This document shows, piece by piece, positions 58,862 to 64,000 of a stretch of 64,000 bases of DNA. Below the pieces are notes generated by a model. That model was not told the DNA's origin. It made no database searches and was given only the letters and a program-made list of their open reading frames with translations. The DNA is from Acidobacteriota bacterium (GTDB taxonomy: Bacteria; Acidobacteriota; UBA6911; RPQK01; JADFOI01). Position 1 is the stretch's first letter; every line of letters starts with the position of its first letter. A program made the translations under genes and the position numbers. The stretch lies in NCBI GenBank assembly GCA_963663035.1, contig OY760074.1, positions 544,001-608,000 on the forward strand. Reading direction: 5' to 3'.

Positions 58862-58882
58862 GGGGGAAGGTTAGCATAAGAA

Positions 58883-58952
58883 AGGAGACAGGAGACAGGA
58901 GGTAGGAGTCAGGAGGCAGGAGTCTTCGGTCAGGTGTCAGGTGTCAGGTGTC
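58883..58952 (+). repeat. Degenerate heptamer tandem array AGG[A/T]GNN
   Basis: aggagac x2, aggaggt, aggagtc, aggaggc, aggagtc, ttcggtc, aggtgtc x3. Confidence 0.85.
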
Positions 58953-59047
58953 AGCGGCCTCCTACCTCCTTCTCCCAATTGATCTTCCTGGCCTCTACAG
59001 CTAGAATGATCAACGTAACGCAGCGTGCTTAAGGAGTGTGAAGTGCT

Positions 59048-60781
59048 ATGACGACAAGTACTGTGACAGGTAGTCAGGAGCTCAAGGGCTCGGAAATTGC
59101 GGTGGAAGCTTTGGTCAGGGAGGGTGTGGAGCTGATCTTTGGTTACCCAGGGGGAGCTTCCATGGAAATCCATCAGGCACTGACACGGGTTGATCCCAAA
59201 CACAAGCTGCGAGTGATCCTTCCCCGGCACGAGCAGGGAGCTGTTTTTGCTGCCGAGGGTTATGCCAAAGCCACGGGCAGGGTTGGAGTGGCACTGGCGA
59301 CGTCGGGACCAGGCGCCACCAACTTAATCACCGGGCTCGCGGATGCCAAGATGGATTCTGTCCCCATCGTGGCCATCACAGGCCAGGTTCCTCAGGCTAT
59401 GATCGGTAAGGATGCCTTTCAAGAGACGGATGTTGTTGGTATTAGCCGTCCCATTACGAAACACAACTATCTGGTCCAGCGGGTTGAGGAGCTCCCTCAC
59501 ATCATCAAAGAGGCCTTTTATATCGCTTCATCGGGTCGCCCAGGGCCGGTGTTAATCGATATCCCGAAGGATGTACAGCAGTCCAAGACGGTGCCCGAGT
59601 GGCCTGCCGAGATCCAGATGAAAAGTTATCGGCCCTTCATCGAAGCCAGAGGGAGGGAGCTGGAGCAGGTTGCCGAAGCGATTCGTGCTGCTCACAAGCC
59701 CATCATCTACGCGGGGAACGGTACCATCTGTTCTAACGCGTCAGAGGATCTCCTCCAATTTGTGGAAAAGACCGGGATCCCGATTGTCATGACGGTGTTA
59801 GGTTTGGGAGCCTTCCCCTCTAATCATCCTCTCTGCTTTGACATGTTGGGAATGCATGGAGCGGTCTACGCCAATTACGCTGTCAATCACGCGGATTTAC
59901 TCTTGGCCCTGGGTGTTCGCTTTGACGATCGGGTGACGGGCAAGGTTTCGGAATTTGCTAAACATGGGACGATCGTCCATGTCGATATCGATGCTTCAGA
60001 GATCAACAAGATCAAACCCGCTCACATCCCCGTCACCAGTGACGTTCGTTACCTGCTGCAGCAGTTGAACCAGATGGATCTTGGCCCAGGGGAGTATTCG
60101 GAGTGGGTGGAAGAGCTGGAGCAGGTCAAGCGGGAGAAGCCTTTTCGCTACCAGGATGACGGAAAGGAGATCATGCCCCAGTACGTTCTGGAGCTTCTTT
60201 CTGAAAAGACCCAGGGAAAGGCCATCATTACTACGGGTGTGGGACAGCATCAAATGTGGGCTGCCCAGTACTTTAAATTTCTGTATCCCCGCACCCTGTT
60301 GACTTCGGCAGGACTAGGGGCCATGGGATTTGGTTTTCCTGCTGCTTTGGGTGCCAAGCTGGGACGACCAGACTGGGAGGTTATTGACATCGACGGAGAC
60401 GGTAGTTTTCTCATGAACATCCAGGAGTTGGCCACTGCCTGCGTGGAAAACATTCCGGTAAAGGCCTTGATTCTGAACAATCAACATCTCGGCATGGTCA
60501 TGCAGTGGGAGGACCGATTCTATTCGAGCAATCGGGCTCACACCTTCCTTGGCGATCCTCGCGATCCTGAGAACATTTATCCTGATTTTGTAGCCATTGC
60601 GAAGGGATTTGGCCTTCCTGGTCGTCGCGTCACTGCCAGGGAAGAGGTTTCTGACGCTCTCGATGAGATGCTTGCGTCTGATCGATCCTACGTGCTGGAT
60701 GTGGTGATTCCTCATCAGAAACACGTTCTCCCCATGATCCCCACGGGTCATACCTTTGCTGATACGATCTACGAAGAATGA
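59048..60781 (+). CDS. ilvB: Acetolactate synthase large subunit
   Basis: FGYPGGA, RHEQGA, TSGPGATN, GVGQHQMW, DGDGSF.MN...NN. Confidence 0.96.
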   Translation: MTTSTVTGSQELKGSEIAVEALVREGVELIFGYPGGASMEIHQALTRVDPKHKLRVILPRHEQGAVFAAEGYAKATGRVGVALATSGPGATNLITGLADAKMDSVPIVAITGQVPQAMIGKDAFQETDVVGISRPITKHNYLVQRVEELPHIIKEAFYIASSGRPGPVLIDIPKDVQQSKTVPEWPAEIQMKSYRPFIEARGRELEQVAEAIRAAHKPIIYAGNGTICSNASEDLLQFVEKTGIPIVMTVLGLGAFPSNHPLCFDMLGMHGAVYANYAVNHADLLLALGVRFDDRVTGKVSEFAKHGTIVHVDIDASEINKIKPAHIPVTSDVRYLLQQLNQMDLGPGEYSEWVEELEQVKREKPFRYQDDGKEIMPQYVLELLSEKTQGKAIITTGVGQHQMWAAQYFKFLYPRTLLTSAGLGAMGFGFPAALGAKLGRPDWEVIDIDGDGSFLMNIQELATACVENIPVKALILNNQHLGMVMQWEDRFYSSNRAHTFLGDPRDPENIYPDFVAIAKGFGLPGRRVTAREEVSDALDEMLASDRSYVLDVVIPHQKHVLPMIPTGHTFADTIYEE

Positions 60782-60835
60782 GGCGCCGGGAATTCTTCGA
60801 TCATTTTCCAGCGTTGCTAGCCTGAAGGAGAGTAT

Positions 60836-61132
60836 GTGTCGGACGAATTGAAGTCGGCCTGGGAAGTCGCTCTTGAGAAAATGGAAGGGCGGGAGGATCT
60901 GGCTGTAGAAAAATTAACTGCAGAGCAGAAGGAAGCTATCCGCCAAATCCGGCAAAACTGTCAAGCCCGTCTTGCTGAAGCCGAGATCAGCACGCAAACT
61001 CAGATTAAGAAGGTTGTCGAGTCCGGTAGAATCGATGAGCTGGAAAAGATCCAGCAGCAATTGGTGGATGACAAACAGCGCTTCAATCAAGAAATGGAGC
61101 AGGAAATCGAGAAGATTCGAAAGCCAGAGTAG
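60836..61132 (+). CDS. Small coiled-coil hypothetical protein
   Basis: SD AAGGAG; LKSAWEVALEK...LT.EQK..I motif. Confidence 0.75.
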   Translation: MSDELKSAWEVALEKMEGREDLAVEKLTAEQKEAIRQIRQNCQARLAEAEISTQTQIKKVVESGRIDELEKIQQQLVDDKQRFNQEMEQEIEKIRKPE

Positions 61133-61136
61133 ATTG

Positions 61137-62216
61137 TCAGCGAGTCTCGGCGGGTTGTTGTTGTGTCAGACAGTGGAGGGTGCCGAGGCCCAACACCAAC
61201 AGCCTGGAGTCGATTCCGATAACTTTTCGGTCAGGAAAGAGATTCTCAAGAATGTCCGTTGCTCGGGAATCGTTTGTATGACCAAAGGTGGGCAGGAGTA
61301 CCAAGCCGTTAGCAATGTAGAAGTTTGTGTAGCTGGCTGGAAGCCGCCCATGTTCTGTTTCCAGCCGTCCTGGCATGGGGAGAGGGACAATCTCGAGAGG
61401 ACATCCATTGAAATCTCGAGCAGCTTGTAAGCGGCGATAATTCTCTTGCAGCGGCTCATAGTTTTCGTCAGAAGGATCCTCTTCGAGGGAGGAGACGATG
61501 GTGCTGGCATTGACGAATCGGGCGATGTTGTCCACGTGTCCATCTGTGTCGTCCCCGGCAATTCCATTTCCCAGCCAGAGAATCTGCTCAACCCCCAGAT
61601 AGTCCTTCAGATACTGCTCAACTTCAGACTTGGACTTGCAGGGATTGCGATTTGGATTCAAGAGACACTGTTCTGTCGTCAAACAAAGACCCTCTCCGTT
61701 GACATCGATCGAGCCTCCTTCCAAGAAGAGTTCCGGAGTAAAGCGCGGCACCTTTAGGATCGGTTCAAGTTGGGCAGGGAGTCCAGCGTCTCTCCTGAGG
61801 TCTTCATACTTGTTTCCCCAGGCGTTAAATTTCCAGTGGTTAAAGGCCAACTCAACCTTCTTCTTGGCTCGACGGAGGAGAAAATTCGGACCGTAGTCGC
61901 GGATCCAGGAGTCGATGGTCTTGATTGGATGAAAAGCAATGGACTCGCTGGCGGCATTTCTCTCACTGAGTCCGCGGCGAATGACATTCGCTACTTCCAT
62001 GTCGTCGACCAGTAAATCGAGTCGTTCCCTGGGCGCCAAGGCTGCCAGCAGGTCCAGGTAGAGTTCCTGAATCTCAGGAACTCTACCCGGCCAGGTCATC
62101 GGGTTTTTCGGCCACACCAGCCAGGTCGATTCATGAGGATGCCATTCCGGGGGCATGCTATATCCAAGGGAAGCGGGAACCTGCTGACAGGACTTAGTCA
62201 CGGGCTGTGGATTCAT
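61137..62216 (-). CDS. aguA: Agmatine deiminase family protein
   Basis: MPPEW.PH, WIRDYGP, FNAWG, EGGSI, DTDGHVD, ASYTNF, GTLHCLTQQ. Confidence 0.93.
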   Translation of the reverse strand: MNPQPVTKSCQQVPASLGYSMPPEWHPHESTWLVWPKNPMTWPGRVPEIQELYLDLLAALAPRERLDLLVDDMEVANVIRRGLSERNAASESIAFHPIKTIDSWIRDYGPNFLLRRAKKKVELAFNHWKFNAWGNKYEDLRRDAGLPAQLEPILKVPRFTPELFLEGGSIDVNGEGLCLTTEQCLLNPNRNPCKSKSEVEQYLKDYLGVEQILWLGNGIAGDDTDGHVDNIARFVNASTIVSSLEEDPSDENYEPLQENYRRLQAARDFNGCPLEIVPLPMPGRLETEHGRLPASYTNFYIANGLVLLPTFGHTNDSRATDILENLFPDRKVIGIDSRLLVLGLGTLHCLTQQQPAETR

Positions 62217-63093
62217 CAAGAAAACGGGCCCTGAGACCTTGGTATGCCTCGATTCTTCGATCTCTCAGGAAAGGCCAATTTCGACGAGTTTCTTCGACTT
62301 GCTCAAGGTCGCACTCCACAACCAGGACTTCCTCTTGCTCGGCCGAAGCCTTGGCCAGGATACGCCCAAAAGGATCGCAGACAAAAGACTGTCCCCAAAA
62401 GCTGAGTGATCCCTCTTGGCCAACCCGATTGACAGCGGCGAGAAAGACTCCATTGGCCACGGCATGCCCCCGTTGAACCGTTTCCCACGCCGCACACTGA
62501 GCCTGGTTCATTTCCTCTGACTCGCCTTCCAACCATCCAATGGCAGTTGGATACAAGATCAATTGAGCTCCTTTCAAGGCGGTGAGTCTTGCCGCTTCGG
62601 GAAACCACTGGTCCCAACACACCAGAACCCCCAGCTCAACCGATGGCGTTGAAAAGCTCTGAAAGCCGAGGTCACCCGGAGTGAAGTAAAACTTTTCGTG
62701 ATAGTAGGGATCGTCGGGTATGTGCATTTTTCGATATTTGCCCAGCAGGCTACCGCTGCTATCGATGATGACGGCACTGTTGTGATAGACGCCGGGAACT
62801 CGCTTTTCGAAAAGTGAGGCGATGATCACCACTTTCAGCTCTCGGGCCAGATCACCAAGGCGCTTCGTACTGGGTCCGGGGATCTCCTCGGCCAGATCGA
62901 AGCAGGAAACATCCTCCCGTTGGCAAAAATATCGGGAGCGGAAAAGCTCCTGCAGACAAATGACCTGAGCTCCCTGAGCTGCCGCGGCCTGGATGTGCTG
63001 AGCGCTCTTGGTAAAGTTCTCTTCGAGATCTTCTGTGCAGCTCAACTGGATGAGTCCTAGGCTTACCGCCCGGCCACTCTTTGGATTGGACAC
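62194..63093 (-). CDS. aguB: N-carbamoylputrescine amidohydrolase (C-N hydrolase)
   Basis: LQELF, YRKMHIP, EKFYFTPGD, CWDQWFPE, YPTAIG; adjacent to aguA. Confidence 0.9.
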   Translation of the reverse strand: MSNPKSGRAVSLGLIQLSCTEDLEENFTKSAQHIQAAAAQGAQVICLQELFRSRYFCQREDVSCFDLAEEIPGPSTKRLGDLARELKVVIIASLFEKRVPGVYHNSAVIIDSSGSLLGKYRKMHIPDDPYYHEKFYFTPGDLGFQSFSTPSVELGVLVCWDQWFPEAARLTALKGAQLILYPTAIGWLEGESEEMNQAQCAAWETVQRGHAVANGVFLAAVNRVGQEGSLSFWGQSFVCDPFGRILAKASAEQEEVLVVECDLEQVEETRRNWPFLRDRRIEAYQGLRARFLDESTARD

Positions 63094-63304
63094 TTCGCGC
63101 CGAAGTATAGCATGGTCGTTTGCGCGCCAGGCAACGGCTCAGCCGCTCTGCGGTCAGCGGTCAAGGGGTTCGCCCCTCGTTGACGCTGACAGAGGAGGTT
63201 GATATGATGCTTTCCGGTTCAGGCGGAGGGGGGGGATGGAATTTCTGGTGCTAGTGTCATTTTGGAAAATCCCTATAGGCTGGTGACAATCTTGAGGTGT
63301 TCCG

Positions 63305-64000
63305 ATGCGTAGGTGGAAGCGATTTCGCACCACGATTCGCGAATGGAAGATGGTTGCACGGGCCTTAGTCTCCACGGGCCATCCGATGTTGGTGCATCTC
63401 ATTCCTATGCGCCGATGCAATTTATCCTGTGCCTATTGTAATGAATACGATGATTTCTCTGAGCCGGTATCTACCGAGCTCATTGCTCGGCGAATTCGTC
63501 GACTGGCCAAACTGGGCACCTCAATCATTACCATTAGTGGCGGCGAGCCTCTCATGCATCCCGAGTTGGAGAGTATCATCGCTGAGATCCGCCGACGAGG
63601 AATGATTTCTGGTCTGATTACCAATGGCTATTTGCTGTCTCGAAAGCGTATCCGAGCTCTGAACGAAGCTGGCTTGGAGCATCTGCAGATCAGTATCGAC
63701 AACGTCGAGCCCGATGAGACTTCCATGAAGAGCTTGAAGGTGCTGGATAAGAAGCTTCGCTACCTGGCTGAGTTGGCAGACTTCAAAGTCAACATCAACT
63801 CTGTCTTAGGGTCAGAGGTGAATAACCCGGAAGATGCACTCATCATCGGGCGTCGGGCAGTGGAGTTGGGCTTCACTTGCACAGTAGGCCTCATTCACGA
63901 CGGCGGTGGCACGCTCAAAGCGCTGGGTGAGCGGGAGAAGGAAATTTATTACCAGGTGAGAGATCTCGGGAGGAAGAGCTATGCGCGCGTGAATCGTTAC
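63305..64000 (+). CDS. Radical SAM protein (runs off the window)
   Basis: Not in the ORF track. Manual translation MRRWKRF...RRCNLSCAYCNEY...SGGEPLMHP...ITNG...QISID. Confidence 0.93.
   Translation, partial: MRRWKRFRTTIREWKMVARALVSTGHPMLVHLIPMRRCNLSCAYCNEYDDFSEPVSTELIARRIRRLAKLGTSIITISGGEPLMHPELESIIAEIRRRGMISGLITNGYLLSRKRIRALNEAGLEHLQISIDNVEPDETSMKSLKVLDKKLRYLAELADFKVNINSVLGSEVNNPEDALIIGRRAVELGFTCTVGLIHDGGGTLKALGEREKEIYYQVRDLGRKSYARVNRY

Noticed and set aside
63228-63235. G8 tract as a phase-variable switch fusing the micro-ORF to the radical SAM gene
   Set aside because: A +1 or -2 change enters the radical SAM frame but hits TGA before 63305, and a -1 change stays out of frame, so no fusion is possible

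Overview
A mostly housekeeping chromosomal window from a bacterium of moderate GC content, probably Acidobacteriota (inferred from gene content and order). It carries mlaE, aroC-def-fmt-rsmB, PASTA-rpe-bamD, valS-nadC-birA-ftsY, serA, radC, hpt, a MoxR-DUF58-transglutaminase cluster, pgpA-cinA-thpR, LPS heptose genes, murB-murA, ilvB, aguA/aguB and a partial radical SAM gene. I found no rRNA, tRNA or CRISPR array. One complete IS3-family element (40929-42195, AGGC target duplication) splits rimO. The most striking signal is non-coding, with several co-existing repeat families. (i) Four copies of a 150-215 bp foldback element whose terminal stem changes sequence while keeping its pairing, with swappable internal hairpin modules. 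(ii) GTGG-footed REP-like palindromes in tandem arrays, one of which has been absorbed into the RsmB C-terminus. (iii) Two further palindrome families. (iv) 7-8 bp tandem arrays in inverted orientation, which bracket a nuclease-like gene plus hpt. Other notable observations are pervasive leaderless-type promoters, a degenerate duplicate of the radC 3' end, an M48 peptidase fused to a pseudopilin-like domain, a secreted metzincin gene pair, a DRG-like GTPase and a micro-ORF before the radical SAM gene. All protein calls come from motif recognition by eye; no database search was run.
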